DNA of 64,000 nucleotides from an uncultured Bacillota bacterium (GCA_949300365.1 CASGEC010000001.1:313980-377979); one strand, 5' to 3'; shown: positions 10,501 to 18,347, counted from the first letter of the stretch. Notes: a model not told the origin generated them from the sequence alone. Made by a program: numbers and translations.

Positions 10501-10784
10501 TTTCCCAAAGCCGACGGTTTACCTTTTCGAAATCCATTTTGGTGAAATTCCTTATCGGCTCGAAAGAGAAGTCATTCGAAAAATACAGTTTGGATCAGGA
10601 TAGGTGCTTCGGATGTTGCCGCCCGGAAACGGAAAAACTTCTTTACTCTCTTATGGATGTCTTGGTGGAATATGGCGCTCTCCAACAGAAAAGCAATGGA
10701 CGCTATCCTTATTTGGACTACACAGGGAAAGACCTTACGGAAGAATTGGCCCGGAATATTTTCGAGCGGTACGTTTTCGAGTGA
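7590..10784 (+). CDS. Helicase IV / UvrD-type SF1 helicase with embedded PD-(D/E)xK-like block, two topoisomerase-type Zn ribbons and a C-terminal winged-helix (RecQ-C/HTH_40-like) tail
   Basis: ORF 7488..10784. I prefer ATG 7590. Helicase motifs: LVIAGAGAGKTTT, FIDEYQDIS, VGDDWQSIFRFSGA, TAHASKGLGAGNVIVI, EERRLFYVALTRTRNRVYI. Insert: ECQIANFFFINGIDYEYEPIY...YTPDFRIW...AYLEHFGIDENG. C-terminal ribbons: CPYCG...CSNDPEVCGF and CPDCEDG...GCTNYKVDDTGC. The gene is visibly AT-richer than its neighbours. Confidence 0.8.
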   Translation: MQLFGSRFKNDDEQFLKMKDFYTAIGKLLEKDEFISRKHYSFLVNDAKETYDTFTILKSTGTLGHWCKEKKCSQKDLETYLFAYQNVSDSIEKHNDMFVNRHLKVDKEYLDGILALDDPKILLDEDQRKVVLNDEDYTLVIAGAGAGKTTTLEAKAKYLVEKKKVRPERILIVSFTKKATQELKDRFKKIGIPAVIATFHSIGNTIIKGAEGKHSVKGPGFMFDTLRNYLISKLEDEGFIKKIMLFFASYLDIPFNSHKSLEIYKRVLADSDFTTLRSDLDDFKENLTKKKITIRSERVRSIQECQIANFFFINGIDYEYEPIYPYCIPGTSKPYTPDFRIWQGNREAYLEHFGIDENGNNWRFSPQELADYRKHIKDKGILHRKHGTTLLSTYSAYNDGRSLISHLKDVLLKNGFTLNAKEDKAIYKEIAQRAEDRYFTKLIQLLCTFINRFKTNNYKFEKFTEFMSIARENKDERTYLFLEIAQQCYRNYSNALAENNAIDFEDMINNAADILDEKIRRNEKLPYDYIFIDEYQDISTQRFNLAEKLSKCSNAKIVAVGDDWQSIFRFSGADITLFTDFEKKMGYGKILYLRNTHRNSQELIDIAGSFIMKNELQKKKSLFSATHLEDPVIIMSYDDSYASKKDISLDKTISPYYRMGKAIERALEDIRSHFKDSDVLLLGRYNFDGRNLNQLSDMFLCTSDNRVRSKRFPDMHIRFMTAHASKGLGAGNVIVINGKDDVLGFPSKIEDDPVMKLVLKDAKEIEYAEERRLFYVALTRTRNRVYIITPKNKPSQFIQELKEGHTNIVLNGPELSGRTMNDFRYKCPYCGYPLQVKKRKMRGKDELMTTLYVCSNDPEVCGFVTNDLSGGKMYIQKCPDCEDGYLIVKKIKEKGKDTGRRILGCTNYKVDDTGCNYIIDQDHFAETWERTARTKANYSQRGKKLPLERCVLAGYPIMDFLKIIKYVTSKLSQSRRFTFSKSILVKFLIGSKEKSFEKYSLDQDRCFGCCRPETEKLLYSLMDVLVEYGALQQKSNGRYPYLDYTGKDLTEELARNIFERYVFE

Positions 10785-11078
10785 TGTCTTAAATGGAAAG
10801 TTGGTTATTGAGTTAAATTCGTAAATTTCACAAACATTATATTTTTTTCATTTGTGATTATTGACTGAAATCTCTAGCGGATTGCCTGCGGCTTTATTAC
10901 CGAAGGAATATGGATTAGGAGATGTTTTCAAGCCATGGAATCACAGTAAGAGTCATTAGCGTGCTTGCCATGCATTCATCGATTCAAGAAGAACGAAAAG
11001 AGCGATGATTTTCAACAATTCAATATATAGCTTAGAAAAACACTGCGGAATAGGGAGCTAGGAAAACATCGGCTTGAT

Positions 11079-11087
11079 TGGTATACT
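11079..11087 (+). promoter_or_regulatory. Candidate extended -10 (TGG-TATACT) for the 311-aa lipoprotein gene
   Basis: TGGTATACT sits ~25 nt upstream of ATG 11111. SD AGGAGGA lies at 11094-11100. Confidence 0.35.
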
Positions 11088-11110
11088 GAAACCAGGAGGA
11101 AAAGAATGCC

Positions 11111-12046
11111 ATGAAGAAAATGCGTTTCCTTTTGATGCTTCCAATCCTTCTACTGGCGGGATGTTCTAATGACCCTACCAATACGACCACCCCAACGGAA
11201 GAGAAGACGACTCCTAAAGAAACGACACCCGAAGAGACAACCCCGGAAGAGACGACTCCACCAAAGACATGGAAGGAAATCGACGAGGACGGGGATGTAA
11301 AAATCACGGGTCATCCGCAGGAAATCGTCATCGGTGCCACAAACAGCTATCAGGTCGATCTTTCTTTCTCGAGGAATGTCACGAATTCCAAAGCCGAATT
11401 TGACGTCTCCGATAGCTCCGTCCTCCCTCTTGATGCCCTTGCGTACCATGTCCAAGGCGATGGAAGCATCCATACAGGCGGCTATGTCTCAATCGATGCC
11501 ACAAAGCTTGAGAAGGCTGGAACTTCCTTTTTGGAAATCGACATCTCCTCTCCAAACAATGCCAGCAGTGGAGGAACGGTCTGCCTGGAACTGAAGGTTG
11601 TCGAGACGCCCAACGTCACTTATTGGGATGAGACGGTTCTTTTCGAGGCGAGCAGCCAATTTGCCGAGGTCAAGCTTGAGGAAGGCGAGAAACTCATCGC
11701 CGACTTTACCGACAATGACCATGTCGTGGGGACGGATAACCCGAACAGGGCCGATGAGGAAAACAAGACCTATGCCTTCTTCCGCAAGGATATTTCCGCA
11801 CTTCTTGAAGGTGAGGATTCCGTTTCCATCTCCTTCAAGTATGCCGTTGGACACAATATCCGCTTGCGAACCTACGTGATGGATGCCGAAGGAAAGGTCG
11901 TCACTTGGTATTACATGCTCGACACTGTTGGCGCAGGATCAACAGGCACGGGATTCAATGAATACGATCGGGAAACCGGAAAGCTGACCTTCGTCCAGGA
12001 AAACGCGACCCTTGAGCTGACCATCACGGACGAGACCTATTCCTAA
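11111..12046 (+). CDS. Lipoprotein with Thr/Pro-rich tether and Ig-like (Big_2-like) region; function unknown
   Basis: Signal peptide plus lipobox MKKMRFLLMLPILLLAGC. TTPxE repeats follow, then a beta-rich domain (EIVIGATNSYQVDLSF...VSDSSVLPLDA...). Strong SD. Confidence 0.8.
   Translation: MKKMRFLLMLPILLLAGCSNDPTNTTTPTEEKTTPKETTPEETTPEETTPPKTWKEIDEDGDVKITGHPQEIVIGATNSYQVDLSFSRNVTNSKAEFDVSDSSVLPLDALAYHVQGDGSIHTGGYVSIDATKLEKAGTSFLEIDISSPNNASSGGTVCLELKVVETPNVTYWDETVLFEASSQFAEVKLEEGEKLIADFTDNDHVVGTDNPNRADEENKTYAFFRKDISALLEGEDSVSISFKYAVGHNIRLRTYVMDAEGKVVTWYYMLDTVGAGSTGTGFNEYDRETGKLTFVQENATLELTITDETYS
11207..11266 (+). repeat. 4 x 15-nt imperfect tandem repeat encoding TTPKE/TTPEE/TTPEE/TTPPK
   Basis: Units acgactcctaaagaa, acgacacccgaagag, acaaccccggaagag and acgactccaccaaag, read directly from the sequence. 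Confidence 0.8.
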
Positions 12047-12093
12047 GCAAAAGAGCTTTCTTCCGAAAAATCGAGTTGGACGCTTCTTTTTTG

Positions 12094-12127
12094 AAAATGG
12101 CTGGACGTTTGCGCCCAGCCACTTTTT
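12094..12127. terminator. Bidirectional rho-independent terminator between convergent lipoprotein and macro-domain genes
   Basis: AAAA-TGGCTGG-(10 nt)-CCAGCCA-CTTTTT. Confidence 0.65.
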
Positions 12128-12153
12128 GAATCTCGATTCTAATGAAGAGAAGA

Positions 12154-12681
12154 CTACGCAATGGTAACCGGCCAGTCGGGATGCTTAGAAAGGCAATCCT
12201 TTGCCAAGGCGAAATCCTCGTCCCGATAGAGGATGAGATAGGCCTTGAAATCCTTTTCGCCGGCGCAACGGATCAATGTCTTTAAGGCGATTTCGATGGC
12301 TTCGCTTTTGGGATAGCCGAAGATTCCGGCGGCTATGAGGGGGAAGGTGATGGAACGGAGATTCTTTTCCTTTGCCAAACGGACGGCGTTTTCATAGCAG
12401 AAGACAAGGAGGGAGGCTTCATCGTGCTTTCCGTCGACGAAGACGGGCCCGGCCGTATGGATGATATAGCGGGCCTTGAGATCGAAGCCGGGCGTGATGA
12501 CGGCCTGGCCGACCTTCAGGGGGATGGGGATGTGTCCGGTCGCTTCCATCAGCTTGGCAAAGCCGGCCTTGGCATAGATGGCCCCACAAACGCCGGCTCC
12601 AGGAAGCAGTCTCGTATTGGAGGCATTGACGATGGCATCGGTATCCCTTTGGGTGATGTCGCCTTGGCAGATGAAGACCAT
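12154..12681 (-). CDS. Macro-domain protein (ADP-ribose binding/hydrolase, YmdB-like)
   Basis: ORF 12154..12816. I prefer ATG 12681 (MVFICQGDITQRDTDAIVNASNTRLLPGAGVCGAIYAKAG...IIHTAGPV...SITFPLIAAGIFGYP), which matches the canonical macro-domain motifs. Confidence 0.88.
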   Translation of the reverse strand: MVFICQGDITQRDTDAIVNASNTRLLPGAGVCGAIYAKAGFAKLMEATGHIPIPLKVGQAVITPGFDLKARYIIHTAGPVFVDGKHDEASLLVFCYENAVRLAKEKNLRSITFPLIAAGIFGYPKSEAIEIALKTLIRCAGEKDFKAYLILYRDEDFALAKDCLSKHPDWPVTIA

Positions 12682-12709
12682 GCGTTTTCTCCTTGTTTTC
12701 TTCGAGTCC

Positions 12710-12738
12710 ACTATAAGGAATTGGCCAAATGATTTCAA
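12710..12738 (-). promoter_or_regulatory. Sigma-70-type promoter for the macro-domain gene (TTGAAA-N17-TATAGT)
   Basis: Minus strand reads TTGAAA tcatttggccaattcct TATAGT, ~25 nt upstream of ATG 12681. Confidence 0.5.
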
Positions 12739-12901
12739 GGAAGGAAAGGTCTTTTCCTTTGAGGGGAAGGAAAAGGAAGCAAGGGAAGATATAAGGCATG
12801 AAAGAGAAAACGACATATCTTTTTTCCTTTTATTGACAAGAACATCTTGTCTTTCTTTTTCAGCTGTCTACAAAAAACCTGGAAAAAGAGGCAAAAAAGC
12901 T

Positions 12902-12915
12902 TGAAAGCGCTATTT
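12902..12915. promoter_or_regulatory. cre-like (CcpA-type) box TGAAAGCGCTATTT upstream of the large lipoprotein gene
   Basis: 12/14 match to TGWAANCGNTNWCA. It shares the 12-mer CTTGAAAGCGCT with the box at 61997. Confidence 0.4.
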
Positions 12916-12975
12916 CCTTCCCTTATAAAAAGGCCTAAGCAACCCATTTTTTCAATAGCAAAAAGGAGCACCATA

Positions 12976-15900
12976 ATGAAGAAGAAAGCCTTCCTGACGA
13001 TGACAGTGATCGCCTCCCTTTTGGCGATGGCTTCCTGCGACGGCAAGCAAAGCCTTCCGACGAACAACCCCAGTTCCTCGGCCGATACGACAACGCCGAT
13101 CGAAAACACGACAACCCCACCGCCTACCACGACTACGACCCCGAGCACGCCGACCACTCCGGACTCGACGACCACGCCGGGAAGCACTTCGGTTTCCTCA
13201 TCGACGGGAACTTCGACTTCCGATACCTCTTCGGGAACGGATTCGACTGTTTCCTCGCCCTCTTCCGGAACAAGCGGCAGCTCTTCTTCCGGTTCCGAAT
13301 ACGTGACCGAAAGCCTGAACAACGGCTATGAAGTCAAGGAAGGCGTTCCCAATTACGGAAGCGATATCGAGGTGGATGACATCATCGACTTCATCGCCTT
13401 CATCGGCGAGGAATGCACACCCTATGATCCTCTTGCCGGGGAGGATACGGAAAGGCAACTAAGGGAAATTATCGAAGAGAAGGGCCTTCCCATCCTGAAG
13501 AAAGGCGGCGTAGGCAAAGAATTTGTCGACAAACTTGAGAAAATCCTTACGGACAATCCCGCCTATGGACAAACCATCAATGCCATCGCAAGCGGAGGGA
13601 CCAATATAACTGAGGAACAGGTGTCGACGCTTGCGAACCTTCTCAAGGATATCGTGACCGCGTCAAGCCAAGACCAGTTCGCTTCCTCCCTCATGGCACT
13701 TTTTGCATTCGGCCAAAGCCGTTATCCGACGAATATCTATGGTTATTTCGGTATCCTGACACAGACGATGTATGAATTCGTCCTCGAAGTCGCTAGCGAA
13801 CCCTACAAGGCCTTCTTCCAGGGCGTCATGGAAGATTCCGTCTCGCCTTTCGTGGAACCGGCCTTCTACCCGGATGTCGCCGACGAGGAAACGCAGTTCT
13901 TCTTCCTGAGGCTTGCCCATCAGATGCTCTCGACCATGTTCGAGAAGATCGACATGGAGGAAATCGCCTCCTTCCTCGGCATTGTCCTAAAGGGAATGCT
14001 GCAGGGCGAAGGCGGTCCTTCCACGGAGGAAATGCTCCCTGTTATCAACACGGCCGGAAAGATCATTACGGATTGCTTCCCTAACCGCGACAGCTTCAAG
14101 AAGATGATCGGCTACATCGCCTCGGCTATCGAGAACACGAAGGACTATGATGCCGCAGCACTCAACCTGACGAGCTTTACCGGTGCAGAGCAGAGAGCGG
14201 TCTGCTACAATAGCGAACTTGCCGCAAACGTCTCTAAGCTTCAGGAGAATTCCGACGAGGTCTTCAACGGCCTGAAGTTCCTTGCCGCCTTTGCCAAGAA
14301 CATGACTATGGACCAATACCAGGCCATCATGAACGTCGTCTCCTCCTTCCAAGGCGAGACGATCGGCGAAGAAGTCACAAGCCCCGTTGTCATCCTCTCC
14401 AAGGCCTTGACTTCGACCTCGACCGGTTTCAGCGTCGACAATGACAAGGTATGGGCAGGCCTTAAGAGACTTGTCAAGGATGGCGTGAAGATCTTCAACA
14501 GCATTCTCCAGGGCACAGACTCTAGCGGAGGCAGCTATGCTTTTGGCACCATGACGCTGGGCCTATCCGATTCCACATTCGACAAGATATTCGACAAGGT
14601 CAAGGAAGTTTCCGGCTATGATCCTGCGAAGCTGACGGCGGAACAGAAGACAGATATCGTGGATTTCGTCTCCGACATTCGCGATGGATTCGCTCAGGAT
14701 AGCCTTCAGACGATGTATCAGCTTACGGTTCCGTTCTACTTCCAAAAAGGCGATACCCTCTCCATTACGCTGAACAAGATGGATACGACCATGGAAGAGC
14801 CGGAGACCATCCTCGTTGCGGCAAGTGATGTCACGGGCTTTGATACCGAAAGCTATCACTATGGCTTGGCTTCCTTTGAGAAGGAAGGCCTTGTCTTCTC
14901 CTTCACCTACCTTGTCGCCCCCGAGAACGGCTATAAGGAAATCGCCATCGAAGGCAACAAGAACTTTGTGGCCAAAGGCGAGACACCGGAGATTTATGGC
15001 ATCACCTATGACGATCTGTTTATGGATCTGGAAGCCAAGGACTTCATCGGCTTCTCCACCAAAGAGCGCGGTCACTTTGTCGCCTTCCTTCCTGTTGAAG
15101 ATACCTATTATGCCTTCGAATACTATGTCTATGATCCTGAGACGGATGTCGAGAGGACATACCAAATCCAAGACGCTCTCTATCAAAACGATATCGCCTA
15201 TCGGAACTACGGAGTCTCCCGCCGCACGAAAGTCACCTATGATGATGTCGTCCTTTCTGACCAGTATGATAGCTATGGAACAACCTCTACCTATCTTGAT
15301 TTGACGACTGCGGGAAAGAAGACGGAAAAGCTTGCCGTCAATGCCAATGATTCCGTTTCTCCTGTCGAGGTTGACGTCGACTATACCGTCGAGGAGGCAA
15401 AGAGCATCGAACACTACCTCAGTCCCAGCTATCAAACCAATTACTATGGCTATTTCGGGTATGAAAATGCGTTCATCCAAAACTCCAATGACAAGCTCGA
15501 TGTCATTAATGATTGGGATGACTTAAAGCTCACTGGAAAAGTCGCACTTGAAGATGGAGAAACAAGAACCATCTCTTATGATGGCGTGGAAGTCGAAACA
15601 AAGATTGCGGAAATTCCGACCTTTGAGGAAACCCTGAAGGACATGGATCTTTCCCAACCCGGAGAGCAGAGAATTACCTTTGACGAAGAGGGCTCTTATG
15701 CTGAACTCGACAAAGAAGGAAACAAGACTTCCAAAACAGTCCCGATTCACTTTGATTATCAGGTTTGGGAAGGCTCTATCGACGGTGGCATCGATCCATT
15801 GATGGGATTGGAGTTTGATAGCCAAGGAAAACTCTTGACTGAGCCAATCGAAGCCATGGTTTGGGTGTCCATGTCCTATCGAGAATTCCATACTGAAAAC

Positions 15901-16053
15901 TGGATTGACATGAGTCATGAAAGGCAGATCGGGCTTTCTGTCACCCTTCCGGATGAATTTGTTCCCGATCCCGAAGGCGGCGAAGTCGAAGTCATTGCCA
16001 ATCTGGATGGCTACCATTTGCGACTCACTCTCCCCTACCAGGTTCTCGAGTAA
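12976..16053 (+). CDS. Large surface lipoprotein (~1025 aa), function unknown
   Basis: ORF 12847..16053. I prefer ATG 12976, which has SD AAAAGGAG. Signal plus lipobox MKKKAFLTMTVIASLLAMASC. A ~110-aa Thr/Ser/Pro-rich tether follows, then a long globular region with no motif I recognise. Confidence 0.8.
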   Translation: MKKKAFLTMTVIASLLAMASCDGKQSLPTNNPSSSADTTTPIENTTTPPPTTTTTPSTPTTPDSTTTPGSTSVSSSTGTSTSDTSSGTDSTVSSPSSGTSGSSSSGSEYVTESLNNGYEVKEGVPNYGSDIEVDDIIDFIAFIGEECTPYDPLAGEDTERQLREIIEEKGLPILKKGGVGKEFVDKLEKILTDNPAYGQTINAIASGGTNITEEQVSTLANLLKDIVTASSQDQFASSLMALFAFGQSRYPTNIYGYFGILTQTMYEFVLEVASEPYKAFFQGVMEDSVSPFVEPAFYPDVADEETQFFFLRLAHQMLSTMFEKIDMEEIASFLGIVLKGMLQGEGGPSTEEMLPVINTAGKIITDCFPNRDSFKKMIGYIASAIENTKDYDAAALNLTSFTGAEQRAVCYNSELAANVSKLQENSDEVFNGLKFLAAFAKNMTMDQYQAIMNVVSSFQGETIGEEVTSPVVILSKALTSTSTGFSVDNDKVWAGLKRLVKDGVKIFNSILQGTDSSGGSYAFGTMTLGLSDSTFDKIFDKVKEVSGYDPAKLTAEQKTDIVDFVSDIRDGFAQDSLQTMYQLTVPFYFQKGDTLSITLNKMDTTMEEPETILVAASDVTGFDTESYHYGLASFEKEGLVFSFTYLVAPENGYKEIAIEGNKNFVAKGETPEIYGITYDDLFMDLEAKDFIGFSTKERGHFVAFLPVEDTYYAFEYYVYDPETDVERTYQIQDALYQNDIAYRNYGVSRRTKVTYDDVVLSDQYDSYGTTSTYLDLTTAGKKTEKLAVNANDSVSPVEVDVDYTVEEAKSIEHYLSPSYQTNYYGYFGYENAFIQNSNDKLDVINDWDDLKLTGKVALEDGETRTISYDGVEVETKIAEIPTFEETLKDMDLSQPGEQRITFDEEGSYAELDKEGNKTSKTVPIHFDYQVWEGSIDGGIDPLMGLEFDSQGKLLTEPIEAMVWVSMSYREFHTENWIDMSHERQIGLSVTLPDEFVPDPEGGEVEVIANLDGYHLRLTLPYQVLE

Positions 16054-16153
16054 GCGCTAACACAAAGTTTTCCTTTTTTGGCCAATTCCCTACTATTATC
16101 ATGGATACATTGAACAATTTTCCTTCACCGTTTCGCATGGAAAGGAGAACCAC

Positions 16154-18259
16154 ATGTCTGAAAAAAGAATCGACGTGGAAAGCGAATTCGGGATCGATGT
16201 CTTCGACGATACGGAGATGCGCCGTCACCTGCCTAAGAAGGTCTATGAGGAACTCGACAGGACGATACGGGAAGGAAAAGACTTGGATGCCTCTCTTGCC
16301 GACGATGTCGCCCATGGCCTGAAGGAATGGGCTCTTTCCAAGGGAGCGACCCATTACACCCACTGGTTCCAGCCGCTCAATGGCCTGACCGCGGAAAAGC
16401 ATGACTCCTTCCTCTCCCGGCCGGATAGCCGCGGGAAGATCATGATGAGCTTTTCCGGAAAGGAACTCATCAAGGGCGAAAGCGATGCCTCTTCCTTCCC
16501 TTCCGGCGGATTGCGTGCCACCTTCGAGGCCAGAGGATACACGGCCTGGGACTGCACTTCCCCTGCCTTTGTCATCCATGACGATTACGGCGCCGTCCTC
16601 TACATCCCGACGGCCTTCTGCTCCTACACGGGCGAGGCCCTGGACGAGAAGACACCTCTTCTCCGCTCGATGAACTACCTCTCCGACATGGCCATCAAGG
16701 TCCTGCGGCTGTTTGGCGACACGACGGCCAAGAAGGTCTTGAGCTTTGCCGGTCCGGAACAGGAATACTTCCTTATCGATTCCGATCGCCTGGCAAGAAG
16801 GAAGGACCTTGTCTACACCGGAAGGACGCTCTTTGGTGCCCCGGCCCCGAAGGGTCAGGAACTGGAGGATCATTACTTCGGCCCCATCCGCGAGAAGATC
16901 AGCGGCTTCATGAGCGAAGTCAACGAGACCCTCTGGCGTCTTGGCGTCCCGGCGAAGACCGAACACAACGAAGTCGCCCCCAGCCAGCATGAGCTTGCCA
17001 CGATCTATGCGCCGGCCAATGTCGCTGCCGACCAGAACCAGCTCGTCATGATCCTCCTCAAGCGCATTGCCAAGAAGCACGGCCTTATCTGCCTTCTGGG
17101 CGAGAAGCCTTTCCAGGGAATCAACGGCTCGGGAAAGCACAATAACTGGTCCATCGGAACCGATGACGGACGCGAGCTTCTCAAGCCCGGCGACAACCCC
17201 TGCGAGAACCTGCTCTTCCTCGTCTTCCTCTCTGCCATCATCAAGGGCGCCGACGAATATGGCGCTCTCATTCGCGAGTCGGCTTCCAGCTATGGCAACG
17301 ATTTCCGTCTCGGCGGACACGAAGCCCCGCCGGCCATCCTCTCTGTCTTCCTCGGCGATGATCTGGGAAAGGTCGTCCAGGACATCATCCATGGCGACAA
17401 GTCCGCTTCCCATAACCGCACGGTCCTGAAGACCGGTGTCAAGACTCTTCCGACCCTCTATCGGGATACAACCGATCGCAACAGGACGTCTCCATTTGCC
17501 TTTACCGGCAACAAGTTCGAGTTCCGCATGGTCGGAAGCGAAAGCAATATCTCCGAACCCAATGCCGTCTTGGGTACTGTCCTCGGCTATGAGCTCTCCC
17601 AGTATCTGGATGCCGTCAAGGATGCCAAGGACTTCACCAAGGCGACCAAGGAATGGATCCGCCAATCTCTTGCCAAGCACGAAAGGATCATCTTCAACGG
17701 GGATGGCTATTCCAAGGAATGGATCGAGGAAGCCAAGAAGCGCGGCCTTCCTAACATCACCTCCGCCGTCGACGCCATTTCCGTCCTCTCAAGCAAGGAA
17801 GTCATCGACCTCTTCGAGAAGACGGGCGTCCTGACAAAGAGCGAGCTTCTCTCCCGCATGGAGATCAAGTACACCTCCTACTCCAGCCAGGCCCTCATCG
17901 ACTGCAGGACCATATCCCACATGGCCCACAAGATCCTCCTTCCCAGCGTCAACCGCTATCTTGCCTTCCTCTATGACGAGAAGCAGAAGGCCCTTCCGAA
18001 GGCTCCTTCCTACGTGACGGAAAGCATCAAGTCGATCGAAGGCCTTTTGGAGGAAGCCTTCCTTGCCCTGAAGAAACTGGACGAGGATGTCCTCAAGGCC
18101 GGAAACAAGAAAGGCGAAAAGCTTGCCCGCTATGCCAAGGATGTCCTCCTTCCGGACATGTTCGCCTTGAGGAAGCCACTTGACGAGCTTGAGCTTCTTG
18201 TCGACAAGTCCTACTGGCCGATTCCCTCTTACGGCGACCTTCTCTTCCACACCATCTAA
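16154..18259 (+). CDS. glnN: Glutamine synthetase type III
   Basis: 701 aa. The N-terminus FGIDVFDDTEMRRHLPKKVYEEL...KGATHYTHWFQPLNGLTAEKHDSF is typical of GSIII. SD AAAGGAGAA. Confidence 0.9.
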   Translation: MSEKRIDVESEFGIDVFDDTEMRRHLPKKVYEELDRTIREGKDLDASLADDVAHGLKEWALSKGATHYTHWFQPLNGLTAEKHDSFLSRPDSRGKIMMSFSGKELIKGESDASSFPSGGLRATFEARGYTAWDCTSPAFVIHDDYGAVLYIPTAFCSYTGEALDEKTPLLRSMNYLSDMAIKVLRLFGDTTAKKVLSFAGPEQEYFLIDSDRLARRKDLVYTGRTLFGAPAPKGQELEDHYFGPIREKISGFMSEVNETLWRLGVPAKTEHNEVAPSQHELATIYAPANVAADQNQLVMILLKRIAKKHGLICLLGEKPFQGINGSGKHNNWSIGTDDGRELLKPGDNPCENLLFLVFLSAIIKGADEYGALIRESASSYGNDFRLGGHEAPPAILSVFLGDDLGKVVQDIIHGDKSASHNRTVLKTGVKTLPTLYRDTTDRNRTSPFAFTGNKFEFRMVGSESNISEPNAVLGTVLGYELSQYLDAVKDAKDFTKATKEWIRQSLAKHERIIFNGDGYSKEWIEEAKKRGLPNITSAVDAISVLSSKEVIDLFEKTGVLTKSELLSRMEIKYTSYSSQALIDCRTISHMAHKILLPSVNRYLAFLYDEKQKALPKAPSYVTESIKSIEGLLEEAFLALKKLDEDVLKAGNKKGEKLARYAKDVLLPDMFALRKPLDELELLVDKSYWPIPSYGDLLFHTI

Positions 18260-18286
18260 GCCGATTCAAAAATACCAAAAGAAAAA

Positions 18287-18327
18287 CAACCGATTCCAAT
18301 AGCTGACTGGGAGTCGGTTGCTTTTTG
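18287..18327. terminator. Bidirectional terminator between convergent glnN and pyrE
   Basis: AAAAA-CAACCGA...TCGGTTG-CTTTTTG hairpin in the 88-nt convergent gap. Confidence 0.6.
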
Positions 18328-18347
18328 CTATCCTTGGGAAAGAGAAA

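Noticed and set aside
10826-10860. Inverted repeat TTCACAAA-(15 nt)-TTTGTGA after the helicase gene, considered as a terminator or invertible-promoter signal.
   Set aside because: The stem is AT-only and weak, with no proper T-run and no second copy that would define an invertible segment. It is at best a weak terminator.
12847-12975. N-terminal extensions offered by the ORF track for many genes. Examples: 12847 for the large lipoprotein, 32970 for the ABC gene, 18348-19385 for pyrE, 19009-19932 for pyrF, 26934-27947 for pyrB, 45335-47383 for tkt, 36791 for the kinase, 53042 for ACP, 60854 for rhaD.
   Set aside because: The extensions run into upstream genes or promoters and often start at non-ATG codons. 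Internal ATGs are preceded by good SDs and give family-typical N-termini (signal peptides, P-loops).
16025-17680. 551-aa ORF antisense to glnN. Many similar long antisense ORFs occur elsewhere: 141-902, 1042-2175, 5720-6676, 14563-15480, 31757-33079, 34458-35438, 40219-41022, 41584-42453, 43076-44113, 48087-49766, 49824-50711, 59796-60689 and 62188-62991.
   Set aside because: Each lies opposite a gene with unambiguous family motifs. Their translations are low-complexity (G/D/E/R/L/V-rich) with no motifs. They lack SDs. Their pervasiveness points to a codon-composition artefact (stop-poor antisense frames) rather than overlapping genes.
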